Notes: generated by a model not told the origin, from the sequence alone. DNA of 63,330 nucleotides, filler included, from Hyphochytrium catenoides (GCA_900088475.1; 18 parts of 18 records of this genome joined end to end with filler, not necessarily neighbours in it); one strand, 5' to 3'; shown: positions 38,202 to 51,626, numbered from the whole stretch's first letter. Numbers and translations: made by a program.

Positions 38202-38929
38202 TAAAGTTCAACGTATTCGGAGCGACCGAGGTGGATAATACTGCTCAGAGACTATGAAGGAGTATTGCAAGACACGTGGCATTCTACAAGAGCTACAGCT
38301 CCATACAGTCCAGCGCAGAACGGAGTTGCCGAGCGACGCCAGAGGACTCTTGTGGAGTCTGCCCGGGGCATGCTACGTGCTGCCAAGCTACCACCCTCCT
38401 TTTGGAGGGAAGCTTTGTTAACGGCTGCATATGTAGGTAATCTCTCCCCAACAAGCGCCTTATTACATGGAGCAACTCCCTATGAAAAATGATTCAATGC
38501 CAAACCGGACGTTTAGTCATCTCCGTGTCTTTGGTTGTCTTGCCTATGCACTCGTACCGGACTCGAAGAGACAGAAAATGGACCCCAAGTCAGAGCCTTA
38601 CATATTCGTTGGGTACCCAGACAACTCAAAGGCCTATCGACTTTATGACAGAGAGAGTGGTACCATCATTGAGCGTAGGGATGTTGTGTTCGCTGAAGGG
38701 GAATTTGGTTCGCTACTTCAAACCTCGCCTCAGCTGCGTGACTCTGTACTCCATCTCTTTGTTGTACTTTGCGAGGAAGACAGCTCCCTCCCCAACAATC
38801 CGACTCGTAAAGGGGATTCTGATCAACATATGTCCATCCAAGTGCCTCCCCCCAACGAATACCTCGCCAACAACCCGATACTGCTGCCCGCCCCTTGCCA
38901 ACCCCTGAACCAGCAGACACAGTATGCGA
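38202..38929 (+). mobile_element. Ty1/copia integrase (rve core plus SH3-like) pseudogene
   Basis: RIRSDRGG*Y, TAPYSPAQNGVAERRQRTLVESARGML...LPPSFWREA, HLRVFGCLAY...KMDPKS...FVGY...KAYRLYD...RDVVFAE. Confidence 0.92.
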
Positions 38930-39029
38930 NNNNNNNNNNNNNNNNNNNNNNNNNNNNNNNNNNNNNNNNNNNNTTAATTAATTAANNNNNNNNNNNNNNN
39001 NNNNNNNNNNNNNNNNNNNNNNNNNNNNN

Positions 39030-41135
39030 GAGTGGTGATCCGTCCACATCTGGAAGTGCTTGTAAGATAAAAGGCGGGACCAATTCCTCTAGGCAATACG
39101 TGATCGCCAGCAGTTCCTTGTCATACACTGAATAATTTACCTCGTTTGGGTGGAGCTTCCTGGAAGCAAAGGCTATTGGTTGGGGACTGTCTCCTAAGTC
39201 CTGCATAATCACTCCTCCGGTTGCAAAGTCGGAGGCATCCGTGGCCACAATGAACTAGGCGTTGGGGTCGGGAATGAGCAGACTGGGGCTTTCACCATAG
39301 CGTCTTCAGGGCTTTAAAGGCTGCATCGGCAGACGCCGTCCACCTGAAGCTTTTCCTGAACTCTTCGCCGTCAGATACAATGAGAGGCAGTGCAATCTCT
39401 GCGTAGCGTGCGATATACTTCCTATAGAAGCCTCTCAAGCCTAGGAACATCCTTACCTCTTTCACAGAGTTGGGCGTTGGCACTATGGCTTTGATCTTAG
39501 CCGGGTCTGTTATATGTATATCTCCCCTGACGGCTGTCAAACGCCGGGTTGCGCTCTAGACACGGTGCGACCGGTGTATGGGATGTGATCTCTTCTCTTT
39601 GAGAGTACTCTCAGGACGGGTAGTCCCGACTAGAGTTGGCAACGAATGGCTCTGACGCAGGACGCTCTCTTTCTTTTCCCTTCTTCTCTCTTTCTATGTT
39701 ATTAGGATACCCTGTTGACTTTACTTCCCTTGCATGTTACTCTTTTATTTTCACATTCTCAGGTAGACTGACTCTCTCGCAAGGGAGACTCCCTCTTACC
39801 CTCTATATCTCAGTTAATAAACTTCTTTCTGAAGTAGAAGACCCTTTGCTACTTGCGTGTGTTCCCGCGAAGTCTTCCTCTGCGTGGTGCTTGTCTGAAC
39901 TGAGGCCTGGCCAGCCAAGGTACAGACAGAGCACCTTCTTTCTCTCACTCTCTTGAGATCTGCATCAGATTCTCATATTACAGGTTCCGTCACCAATGAC
40001 GAAGCCCAGGAACTTCAGCTCTGATTGAAAGAACCTGCACTTGTCTCGGGCGCAGTAAAGCTTGTGGTCCTGCACTTGTCTCGGGCGCAGTAAAGCTTGT
40101 GGTCGCTCAATTGTTGAAGAATCATCTCCAGGTGGCGTTGATGCTCCTCGCGTGATTGAGAGAACACGATGATACCGTCCAGGTAGATGAAGCAGATCTT
40201 GCCGATGTAATCTCCCAGAACATCATACATGATACGATTGAAGATGGCAGGGGCAGACTTCAGACCCATCATAGGCATGACGAGCCATTCGTGCGAGCCG
40301 AACAGAGGTGTGTTCAACGCCTTTTATGCACGCCTGGCTCCGCTACTCGCACCTGATATAGTAGCCCTTGGTGAGATCAATACTGCTGAAGACCTTGTTC
40401 CCATGTAGCTTGGAGGCAATGGCATCGAAGGATGGCAAGGCAAAGTTAAACTTCTGGCTGACTTGTTCCCGCGCTCGGTAGTCCACGCAGAAGCGGAACT
40501 TGCCGTTGTGCCTCACCATCAGCACTGGGGCGCCATAGGGAGAGAGAGAGGGCCTGATCATGCCCTTCGCCGTTAGTTCCTGCAATGTCTTTCGTAGCGC
40601 CTCCAATTCTTCGGATCTAAGCTTGTATGCAGGGCGGAAAGGTGGCTTTGCTCCTGGAGTGATGGGGATGGTACAATCAACCACTCGCTCTGGANNNNNN
40701 NNNNNNNNNNNNNNNNNNNNNGCCGCCTCCTTAGGCGCCTCATATGGCAAGCTGTCTGGAAAGAGCTCCTTAAACTTAGCCATCACTTCCTTCGCTTCAG
40801 GAGAGTGTAACTCTGTTACTCTTGCATCCTCCTCGTCGGGGCGCATGGACAAAAGAAATAGCTCCGGCTCCTCATTGCGGTCCAGCAGATTACTCAGCTG
40901 GGTGAAGGACATCACATTGTTAGAGTCGTTAAGGTCTATTAAGGTCTACCCTTTTTACCGTGCGTCCCTTGATCTCGAGTGATTTTCCTTCGCAGTCCAG
41001 AGTAACACCATTATCCTCCAGCCAACTCATGGCAGTATGATAGGAAAAGACGTCTTCGGAGCCACCGCGAATGTAGTACAAGATCTAAAATGCTTGCTGC
41101 CTGGAGCGCCTCCCACTTAAAAGCGTACTGAGACT
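39030..41135 (-). mobile_element. Ty3/gypsy pol pseudogene (RT-RNase H)
   Basis: IRPSLSPYGAPVLMV...FRFCVDYR, FSSIDLTKGYY, MPM.GLKSAPAIF, IYLDGIIVFS (YxDD mutated), FLGFVIG, VRMFLGL.GFYRKYI, TDASDFATGGVIMQ...PIAFASRKL...NYSVYDKELLAI. Confidence 0.93.
39528..39992. mobile_element. 465-bp solo-LTR-like insertion inside gypsy RT
   Basis: Bounded by inverted TGACGG/CCGTCA. Removing it rejoins FLGFVIG to GDIHITDPAKIKAI. Contains AATAAA; no clear TSD. Confidence 0.6.
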
Positions 41136-43605
41136 NNNNNNNNNNNNNNNNNNNNNNNNNNNNNNNNNNNNNNNNNNNNTTAATTAATTAANNNNNNNNN
41201 NNNNNNNNNNNNNNNNNNNNNNNNNNNNNNNNNNNCCTTGTTCATTACAATGGCAGACTTATGTAACCTGCTGCGTGCAGTGCACAAGAGGTGATGGTTA
41301 GCACAGTGCGTAGAGAGAAAGAGCAGGGAAGAGTCAGTTATTTGGCCTAAGTCGTTCCACTCCTGAATGAGGGAATTCTAGGGTCGAAGTAGTATAATAA
41401 TCCTGCTTGTCCCTATTTGTTATAGATGCAATAATGCAGGGCCAATGCAGGACAAGTGACTGGCTCAGGGACATGAACCCACGTCGTTCACCGTGCCACC
41501 CAGAAAAATAGTCGGCCCGCCGTTTGGGTCAAGCAAGGCCTAGCGTTCATGTAACCTTCTCCGCCACATAGCTTCAGAAAGAGTTCGTCTGCCTTTCTTG
41601 CGTCCTGGTCATTGGGGCAGCTCGAAGTACTGTTCTTCTCCAGAATGTCGTAGACTTAGAAACGGTACTCCTCTCCTTACACCACGTACAGCGGTTCTTG
41701 GAAGCTCCTTCAACGTGTTGTCTCTCATCAGAGTTAATAATGTTTATAGAAACATAGTTCTTTTTTCATTTCTTGCGCGTGGGTCTCAGGGAAGGCATCT
41801 TCCTTCTAAGTTGTCGAAGTACTGCTAGAACTAAGAACTACACTTTTGTTCCTGCTTAGGAGAGGTGGCTCTTACTGCCGCCTCCCCTTCTTCTCTGTTC
41901 CCTCTCTGTTGCTCCTGTGCTCTATCAATACTCATCAGGCAGGCCTCCGCATTAGGATGGGCAAAGCGTTATTATAGAGTGCTCCCAAAGTGGAAGAGAG
42001 ACGAGGCGCTGAGTAGCTCTCCAATATTTTACAGGCTGCCTTGTCCCTTCCACTGCATGGTCATCTTTACCTGCCCTCTACAAGTACTTTGTACTACTGG
42101 AGAGTACATCCCGTGCTAGCGATCTCTCCACGTGAGACCTGTATGTTTTGACTTCGAGGAAGCAGTACTTTCTAGTACTTCGCTGCTGTAGGGATGATGT
42201 GCAGGTCGTGGCACGGTTATGAACTCGTAATCGTTCACTAAGGTCCAATCTTAATCGACCCCTGTTNNNNNNNNNNNNNNNNNNNNNNNNNNNNNNNNNN
42301 NNNNNNNNNNTTAATTAATTAANNNNNNNNNNNNNNNNNNNNNNNNNNNNNNNNNNNNNNNNNNNNTTCGCTGCCGTTGGATCATATAGACTTAGATCAT
42401 AGCTACTTCTTTATTGAGCTTGGTTTAGATACTAGGAGCACAGCTATTTGCTTATTTCGCCTGAGGCTAAGACCCTCCTTCTGCTTAATCCAGGCAGGCA
42501 GCAAGGAAGGGCTTTTTGCCTGGTTATGTGTCGTCCAGCGCCAGTGTTATGCCCCAAGCAGACTTATAGATCTTGTGCTCTGTCACGACATCGTAAGATG
42601 AAGCAGAAGGAGTGCCGCTACGCTCATGATGATCGGAGGTTAATTAGAGGAGGGGTATAAATCGATGGACCCAAAGGACAACACACACCCTGCCCGGCAA
42701 GAATGACTGCGGCTTTTGAGAAAATAATGTACTTTCCTCGTCAGTATGGGCACGAAGAAGTGCTCATCATTAGAAGGGCGATTGTTCGATTGAAGCGTCT
42801 TCCATTAGGAGACAACAATGTGTGCTTGAGCTGGGCCCAGGAAGGGCTATTGGTAAGAGGCTAGAAAGAGTAATGCTGCTCCCTGCACATGGCGAAAAAG
42901 CTTCTTCGTGTTAGGTCAATCGTAACCTCTCAAGCAAGCTGTATTATTGACGGCAACCTCTCGTTGCACTCTCTCTTAGTGCTCGTGAGGCACTGGCAGC
43001 GGCCCTTATTAGATACCGCCGCTCCGTTCAACAAAGAGACGAGACAACGCATAACCAACATTGTTCTTTTTAGAAAAAAGAAGAATATCTTAACCCTTAA
43101 CTCTACGCCACAGGGGAAAGCATCTTGGTAGTAGAAGCCTCATGATCTGAAAGCAGTAAGAAGGGAGTCATAGCTCCTCCTCCTCATGTGGCCAACAATG
43201 AACAGCCTACGACGAAGATAAGCTCAGGCTTGAGTGACTGGAGAAAGCTTCTCTTTGGCTGCAGCCGTAAAAGAAATATTGGAGATAAAGTGGTGGCGTT
43301 ATCCACTACTAGGAGTCTAGCCTCTGAACCAATGGAACGATAGACCCCGACTACTTTGCTTGGCCCACGACCCATCCTGAAGTCAGAGAAGCTTATAAGG
43401 CGCTATGGAGGCGGGTCAGCATATCTGGAAAAGGAATCTTCCCACAGCAACTGCTGTTAGGCGGAACGACAGAAGACAGAGCCTCCTTCCGTAGGANNNN
43501 NNNNNNNNNNNNNNNNNNNNNNNNNNNNNNNNNNNNNNNNTTAATTAATTAANNNNNNNNNNNNNNNNNNNNNNNNNNNNNNNNNNNNNNNNNNNNAAGG
43601 GGATC

Positions 43606-44627
43606 TCACGGGCTGGAATCGGTGACATGAATGCTTCCATCGTCCCCCACAGTCAGAAGTTGGTCTGCTACTCTCTTTTCCTGCCGATCGTCGTGAGTCA
43701 CCCAGAGCTTGGTGATCCCACAGCCCAGAAGCGTCTTCTCTATCTTTAGAACCGTGTCGGGATCACAAGCGCTAGTCGGCTATACATTGTACAGAGCAAG
43801 GGAAGAGAGCGAGATGGGGGCGGACACCGGATGAAGAGCGTCAGGTGTTAATAGCGTCAGAGAGAGAGCAGAGAGATGTTAGGGAAGTAAAGCAGAGAGA
43901 AGTGAAGACGTTGCATTTCAGTCCCGTGCACCATTCCCTAGACTCTCTTCTCTCTTTGACTTGCTCCCTGATGTTTTCTCTTTGCCCAACTTCTCATTTA
44001 CCTCGTCTAGAAGGAGAACGTCTGGGCGCAGCGCAATTGCGATCGCTAGGTTAACTCTCTGCAGCTCCCCTCCACTGAGATCGAAGTATTGCTTATCGAA
44101 AGTCTCAGCGCTGAGATCCCAGTCCGCCAGGTATTGACGAGGGTCTTCTGTCTGTCTCTCTCCTTTCCTCGCCCGTTGGGAGCGAAACTGGACCACTTGG
44201 GCAAAGAAGTCTGCTGGAGAGCCTGGAAGACGGGCTCGGCCTGTGGCCAGGAAGAAGGCGTGGCCGAGGAAGAGAAGAATGGGGTGAGATATGGTAGGTA
44301 AGAGAGAGAGAGAGAGGGGCAGATAGAGAGGGTCATACCTTGGTCGACGTAAAGGACTCTCGCTCTCCAGGCCGGTGGGTGGCTCCTAGGAGAAAGAGAG
44401 CCAAGAGATATCTCTCCGCTTCTCAGTGGTTCCAAAAGCGCGACGGTGCGGAGAAGGAGAGACTTGCCGGAGCCACTCTTTCCTCTGAGAACGGTCGTGG
44501 ACCCGTCACGGACAGTGAAAGATACTCCTTCGATCACTGGAACGACGCTGAGGTGCCTGCTCTGTCCGTTCTCTTTCGTCTCGTAGCTGACCGTGAGGTT
44601 CTTAACGACGAGGTCAGCGCTGGGCAT
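43606..44627 (-). CDS. Stand-alone ABC transporter ATP-binding protein (bacterial-type, STAR1/ABCI17/YbbL-like); three exons (~44627-44339, ~44257-44001, ~43779-43606)
   Basis: Walker A GKSGSGKS, WRARVLYVDQ, signature LSGGELQR, Walker B VLLLDE|PTSACD, H-loop WVTHD. No TM domain. Confidence 0.85.
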
Positions 44628-44942
44628 AATAGACCACGGCCACTAAGGCTCTGAACCCTCTCTCGCTGGGCGGCGGAGAGAGAATAGAGCGGCACTGGGG
44701 AAGCTTTTGAAGGAGAAGAAAAAGCGGCTGGAAAAGGCTGCGGAGGCGCGGCGCGGTGAGCTCCGATCAGGAAAGAGCTAGTCTGACGTCTGAGACAGCT
44801 TCTGGTGGGCTCATGACAGCGCCATGGTCCTACGAGGAGCAACCACTGACATCACGGACATCACAACCATTCAGGAAGGAGAGGAAGAAGAAACAAAAAG
44901 ACAACGCCTTCCTCTCTCTCTGCTTCTCTCTCTCTCTCTCTG

Positions 44943-44978
<36 letters not shown>

Positions 44979-44995
44979 TCTCTCCCCTCTCCCTA

Positions 44996-45060
<65 letters not shown>

Positions 45061-46580
45061 TCGTTCCTCCATCAGTCACCTGCACAAACTGGATAAGTCC
45101 TTTGTTCCCCCACTCGTACAAGAAATAAACAGCTCTACATGTAAGAATAATAATGACCGTCACCTTCGTCCATCTCTTCCACTCTCTGTCTTCCTCCAAT
45201 GTACAGTCTATACATGCTTACATCTAACTATGCCGCGCTCTGTCTAGAAAGATCTATTCCGATCTTGGGTTCTGAGTTCTGAATGACAGAAGAAATCCTC
45301 ATGGATCTTTCCTCTATTTTGATAACTGAACAATGTAATCTTTATTGATACTTGAAGAAGCAGTTTGTCGTTTTCTCGTCTTTATCGGAGAGATTTTGAT
45401 GGCCAATAAAAATCTTTCTGATGATGAAGATCTGTCTCCATGACACGGGCGATTGTGGGCTCTGAACAAGGTTCTTGGGGTCGGGCAGGCTCCTTCCATC
45501 TCTGCGTCCTTATTGGGAGCCAGGCCTGCTCTTACGCAGCTGAAGTAGAGTAGCTCGTTGCCGCTTGGCATATGCGCAATCACTTCCCGCAGCCAGCTCT
45601 GCTTCTCCTGGCAGGGACAAGAACATGCGGAGAAGCCGTCTGTGAAGTAGATGCGGAGACATACGAGAAGAGCAAGTCGCGTGCTTAGGAGTAGACAAAT
45701 GTATATCTTGAATCAATCAGTGCGTAATATTTATCCTCATTCTCCCTGTTCGTTCTTCGTGCTATAATGCTTAGGCAGTGGCAGTACAACGCTAGATCGG
45801 CTCTTGGCAGTGTCCTAGGTTTGAACCGAGTAAAACTTTACTCCTGATTGAAAATTCCGGGAGGAAAAGTGCTCTAGGCTAAGCCACAAGCATACTGTGC
45901 TTTTTCAGACAGCTCGAATGGACGCCACAGAGCAGATGATCAATCTTCCAGCTTTCGAGTCAGCTACAGAGTAGGGGCATGGCCACAGTGGTGGCAATGG
46001 AGGGATGAAGCACAAGTTTGAGCCTCGCTGCTGATCTTCAGTCATAGAGCGCCACCACGGCCTACGGCGCAGAGCTAGACTTTATATCGGCTAATTCTCT
46101 ATATTCCTTGAAGAGTGCGGTCAGGCTTACCACCCCTTTGAAGACGGAATGTCAGGGATTGGTCATACTTAGGAACAGAAGCCAGTAACTAACAACGGTT
46201 TATTTGCAGATGACGGAGGCCATAGTCTTCGACTGGGAAGAACAAACTTACTGATGACGGCGCAGGGCGCTCGGCAACGTGTAGGCTTCCATAGTATCAG
46301 AAGAGTGTCAGGACTACCGCGCTTCTCCTCCGAAGGTCGTGGCTCCACTGCACTGTGGTCCCTTCCTTCGGAAAGATAGTAGGAACACATTGAGCCCGAA
46401 GGTTGACATGACGAAGTCTAGAGCGGTCTACTCCGCTGTTACGCTCTCACGCTATGACGTGATCGGAAGGGACGACATCACCATCTGCTTGAGGAGACTT
46501 GCGCTCCTCCTCTAGTCCTTCTCTCTCTTCTCTAAGGCACGGTGCTTCATTGCATTCTGCGGGATATCCCCTCTCGTGGG

Positions 46581-49545
46581 TCAACAGACGTCAGCAGTGT
46601 CAGAGACTTCTTTATCTACTGCCTTCCGACCGAGAGAGGTGTCAATCAGGTCACTTGCGTTGAGCTTGGCAATGGTCTTTATCTGCTTCAGACTCAGTCC
46701 AATGCGCTTCAAGTCGAAGAGCTAGAGGGAGGACGTTAGTTTGATGTGATGGCAGGAAACCAACGCCTTACCACTCGATCTCTACGGCCCGAAGTCTCCC
46801 CCATCCTGTCTCTCTCTTTCTCTCTCTCTGTCTCTCTCTTGTCAACTGCGCCATTTGCTAGATCTATAGTTTCTGAATATTCATTCTGAGCTTCAGCCTA
46901 GCGGGGATGCTCGTCGGCGCTTCACTTCCCCGCTCACCTTCGAGAAAGGTTTCTTCTGTCTTTCCTCTAAGATAATGGCAGCCCGTCTAGGACCTATGCC
47001 TCGCAGTTGCAGGAGCTCTGCCAGCTCCGCATCATTCACAGTGCTAATGATGCGTTTCTCCAGCAGTTCCTGAGATAAGATTGAGCTGTGTGAGAAACAG
47101 AGAAGCTTGCTATGGCAAGATGTAGATAACACTAGAATATAGACATGGAAGCAGCCGGCCGGAGTAAAAGGATTGGGCTAGCGCGGCAACTGGAATGAAC
47201 TGGCATAAATGCTAGAAGACTACTGAGCAAACCCAACCGCGGGTTGCTTTAGACTGCGATGCTAGGTTCAAATAGGAACATGGAGTTGTCTGAGAGAGGC
47301 AGTCACGGTCTTGATCAGCCAAGAGGTCAAGCAAGCAGGATGATAGGTGGGACAGAGTCTCTCTCTCACCGCAACGACGTTGGCGTCAGGCATGTGTGCT
47401 GGCAAGCCTTGTGAAGGAGAGAGGCTGGAGGGAGAGAGGATAGAAGGGAGTGATGGCACAGAAGTCGGGAGGGAACAGTCCTTTGGCTCTTCCTCACTGT
47501 TGCGAGCCTTTAGAGGCTTGCTGACACTCCGTTCTGCGTGTAATTTTCTCTTCTTCAAACAGTCCTCGCTAGTTGGCATATATGGAGAGCATTTGGAAGA
47601 CGAGAGATGGATGTAAGAACGAGAGAGAGAGAGATGAGAGAGAGAGTGAGATCATTGCAGTCAACTGCCCTGGAGAGGATGAGAGGGAGAAGAAGGAGAA
47701 AAAGCACACTGGCGAGTGAACTAATAATCATCAGTGGACCAGGAGCAGAGTTGAACAGGTAACACAGCGTCCGGGACACACCCTTCTAGTGCCAGTCTCT
47801 TCTGAAGAAGGCGAGTTTCAAGGCTCTCTAACCGGCTTTGGACATTCTCCGACAGGACCGAACGCCTCCGCAGCATCGGACTGCAGGAAAGCATCAGAGA
47901 CCACAGAAAAGAGTGAGGCCTAGTCGAGTGTGGCAGGTGGGACAATCAAATCTATTGAAGATGCAATTTTCAAATCGTCGTCAAGGCAAGGCAAAAGTCG
48001 TAGAGGGAACGGAGACGGCTTAAGGGAGAGTGTAGGCATTGAGCTATATTGGCCGAAGAATGTCATAGGGAAACATCAGCCCTGTAGAGAGAAGATGAAA
48101 ACATCCACGGCAGAGACAAAGAGAGAGACCGTTGGTACGGTACGTAAGGTCTGTGTGAAGGGAGCTGGTAGACAAACCTCCAGGAAGTGCATCGCTGGAG
48201 CAGCTTCGTAAGGAGCAAGGCAGGAGAAGAGAAGAGAGAAAGAAAAAAAGGCATTTTACCTTAAGAGATGAGAGGACACGTTGACCTCACCCCTCCGACT
48301 CTGTTGTCCCTTATTCTCCTTTCCTGGTGCTTCTTCTCTCCGCCTTCGTCTTCTCCCTTCTTCACTCTCTCTTCTTGCCTTCTCTCTTTGGGTCTCTTTA
48401 TCTTCTTCCTCTTTTAGCGTAGGCATGTTGACGACTCGCCTGGTTTTTGATGCATAGTTGAGCGTGTGATATGTCTCCATGAATCGCTCTGGAAGAGGAG
48501 AGACAGTGCAGATCATCATGGAGAAGGTTCTTCCTCCCAGAGAGTCCTGAAGAAGGCGGGTAAGCTTGCTGTCTCTATACGGAACTCTCTCGTCCCCATT
48601 GTTCAGCGCTTGAATGACCTTGTCTAGGACAAAAAGAGAGAGGTTGATATTCCCACTCTCTGTCATTCTCTCTCCTCGATTTCCTGTCTTCTTGTTATTC
48701 TCATTCCCGGCAAGATCAATGAGGTTCATTTTCACTCTTCTTCTTCCCTTTCTGACGTCAGTTCCTCTTTCTCTTTCTCTCTCTCCACTCTCCCTCTCTT
48801 CCAAGAGAAGAGTGAGCACGGCGTGGCTTCTGCTGGACGTCTCGTTCATTTTGGTGGCGAACTGCGCTCTCTTTGAGGTTCCTAGCTGGAAGAATTTTCT
48901 GAAGTCCGCGTACTTTTCTATAGAAATCTCTGTGAGATGAGGGACCTGGATGTCCTTTTTGTTCGTCTCCCACAAGTTTCTCTCCTGTCGACCCTCGCCC
49001 AAGAGGTCGTACAGCTTGTTATTATACACCTCCAAGTAGGTCATTGACAGAGAGAGACAAGACTCAGGGGAGAGAGAGGAAAGACATGTGGTTGTCCTCT
49101 CTCTCTTCTGCAGTGCTTCCAGGAGGAAAGAGACCACACGGGGAATGACCCCTGGCTCATCCTTTGTCCCTTGCATGGTGAAGGTCTTCCCTGTCCCTGT
49201 GGCTCCATAGGCAAAGATAGTGCAGTTGTGTCCCTCTAGGAGTTTCTCTGCGTACTTCCTCATCTCTTGTTCAAAGAGGAGCTCTTGCCCACAGCTGCCG
49301 TCATAACAAGCGTCGAACTCATACTCCACGCTCTCTAGGATGCTGTCTCTGCCTAATGTTGACTGTCTATCGGGCCATTGAAGAGAGAGTATCGTGGAAG
49401 GGACGTCGTTTCTCTCTTTCTTCCGTCGACCCGCTGGATGTGTGGGCTTTCTTATGCTGAGGATGTGCTGAGAGGAGGTCGCGGTGACAGCTCTCTCCCG
49501 TACAATGACTCTGACATTGTTATCCTCTGAGTGTGGCTTCTCCAT
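46581..49545 (-). CDS. Kinesin-10 (KIF22/Kid-like chromokinesin) with C-terminal helix-hairpin-helix
   Basis: VRVIVRER, YEFDACY, FAYGATGTGKTFTM, NETSSRSHA, LIDLAGNENNKKTGN, INLSLFVL, VPYRDSKLTRLLQDSLGG. 3' exons read VNDAELAELLQLRGIGPRRAAIILEER...PF|..DLKRIGL (HhH). Confidence 0.9.
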
Positions 49546-51626
49546 TTCTCTTGAAGTCTTCTTCCGCTATCAACCTTTGCGTCCTTGGGCTTGTAAGGGC
49601 AAGCTCTCTACGTTTGCTCTTCACTCGTCTCCTTCTCAACGTCGTGCGGGGCCGTTCAGACGAAACGAGAAAGGACAGGTCGTCCTTATGCTGTTTTACC
49701 TCGCGAAGGCAACGCTCATGAGAGAAGCAGCTCTGAGAAAGTAGATCTACTGGCCTCGCTGCGGGACGATTCGAAACTTGATCGTCGGGATCAAGACGAG
49801 CAATCCATCGCTGATGAGAGCAAGAAGCTGAGGGAGAGAGGGATGATGCAGAAAGTGGAGCTCGGAGACAGAAAGATTGACCGTAGGAGGCGGAGAAGAG
49901 AGAGAAAGAAGAGAATGAGTAGGGTGGGAAGAAGAGTGGAACAAAGAAAGAGAGNNNNNNNNNNNNNNNNNNNNNNNNNNNNNNNNNNNNNNNNNNNNNN
50001 NNNNNNNNNNNNNNNNNNNNNNNNNNNNNNNNNNNNNNNNNNNNNNNNNNNNNNNNNNNNNNNNNNNNNNNNNNNNNNNNNNNNNNNNNNNNNNNNNNNN
50101 GGACAATGTTGCGCTATCCTTTGACACAATCATTCATTCAAACCCAACGGACGAAAGAGAGCCGCTAACGGTCCCTTATCAGCCGTAATGACCCGAACCG
50201 ACAGATTCTAACAACTACACCCTCCACAATGGGCTCCCTCTGCGGTAGTAATAATAATAAGGGTCGCGCTGATGAAGATTTGATGAAGATTTATTGAGAA
50301 GTGTGCACCGAAGGAAGACTGAAGAGTCACAGATCAATCCTTCATTAGCTTCGCCGCAGCTGCTAGGAAAGGGTCTACTGCCCTCATCGCCGAGCTATCA
50401 TCGTCTACTAATAAGCTGTTCTGATCTCCAAACACCACCGGCTCCTTGCTCGCGGACCCTGGGACCAGACAACTGGTCATCATTTGCAGGAAGTGGCGTG
50501 GGGACTCGTCACCTTATCGGGTGGATGATTCTTCGGCACACCCACTGTCACCCTCGCGAGCGGATTGCCTTTCCTTCGTTCTTCATCATCACTCCATAAG
50601 CTAGGGACGTCACGCCTCGCTTCGGCCTTTCTGCTTACTCCTACTTCTTTCTTCATATCTTTCACCCGCATCCCTCATACACCTCCATAACCTCTTTTTC
50701 AGAGTCCATTGTCTGAAGTCTGCCCAGCGATTCACTTCTTGAGGTCAGGGTGGCCCAAGCGGTAGTAAATTTCCCTGTGAACCATGAGGAATATTTGAAG
50801 AAATAAGGCTCTCTGCGTGTCTCCATGATGCCGCTATAGCTGGAACGTAAACTCTTAGGATTGCTGCCTCGTCCACAAGTCAGGCAGTGACAAAGCCTAC
50901 GCTTCTGCCTTGAAGTTAGGGAGACTGACTCGCTCCGCAGGACAACTGACGCCCTTGAGGTTTAGAGACCTAGTGAACTTCCCGGATCTATTGACAACGT
51001 TTCGCTGGGACTTGACTGCAAAAGTTAATACGAAAGCTTTCCCTTTACGATAGAGAGGTTCTCGTTAGTGAGAGGTCCTCGTTAGCAGCATCTGACCAGC
51101 CCCACAAGTTTGGCTATATTAGCTCTTAGAGACTGCGGTCTACGGTTGATAAGCAGCACGTTTCANNNNNNNNNNNNNNNNNNNNNNNNNNNNNNNNNNN
51201 NNNNNNNNNTTAATTAATTAANNNNNNNNNNNNNNNNNNNNNNNNNNNNNNNNNNNNNNNNNNNNAGAGAGAGAGAGAGAGAGGCACATAGTGAGATTAT
51301 ATCAGAGGTAGCGGAAGGTTTCAGAGGGAGAGGTAGTGAGGGGGTTGCTGGGAGAAAAGCCATTGAGACAAACATATACCGAGCACACACAGTGAGAGAA
51401 AGAGAGTGAGATCCCGAGACAGAGAGACAGAGAGACAGAGGGTGCAAGGGGAGGAAGAATGAACCGTCATAACAGATGGAGATTCCTAAACGAATGCGCA
51501 GGATAAAAAGAGCTGTAAGGCCGAAACACAATGGTGAAAAACAGGAGAGTGAGAGACAGAAAGAGAGACAGAGAAAAAGAGAGAGGGAGAGAAAGAGAGA
51601 GAGAGAGAAAAGGGAAAGAGCGGTAC

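Noticed and set aside
41455-41500. tRNA or tRNA-derived SINE (B-box-like gggacatgaaccc; similar ggtttgaacc near 45820)
   Set aside because: No cloverleaf or A-box could be built; the match is too degenerate.
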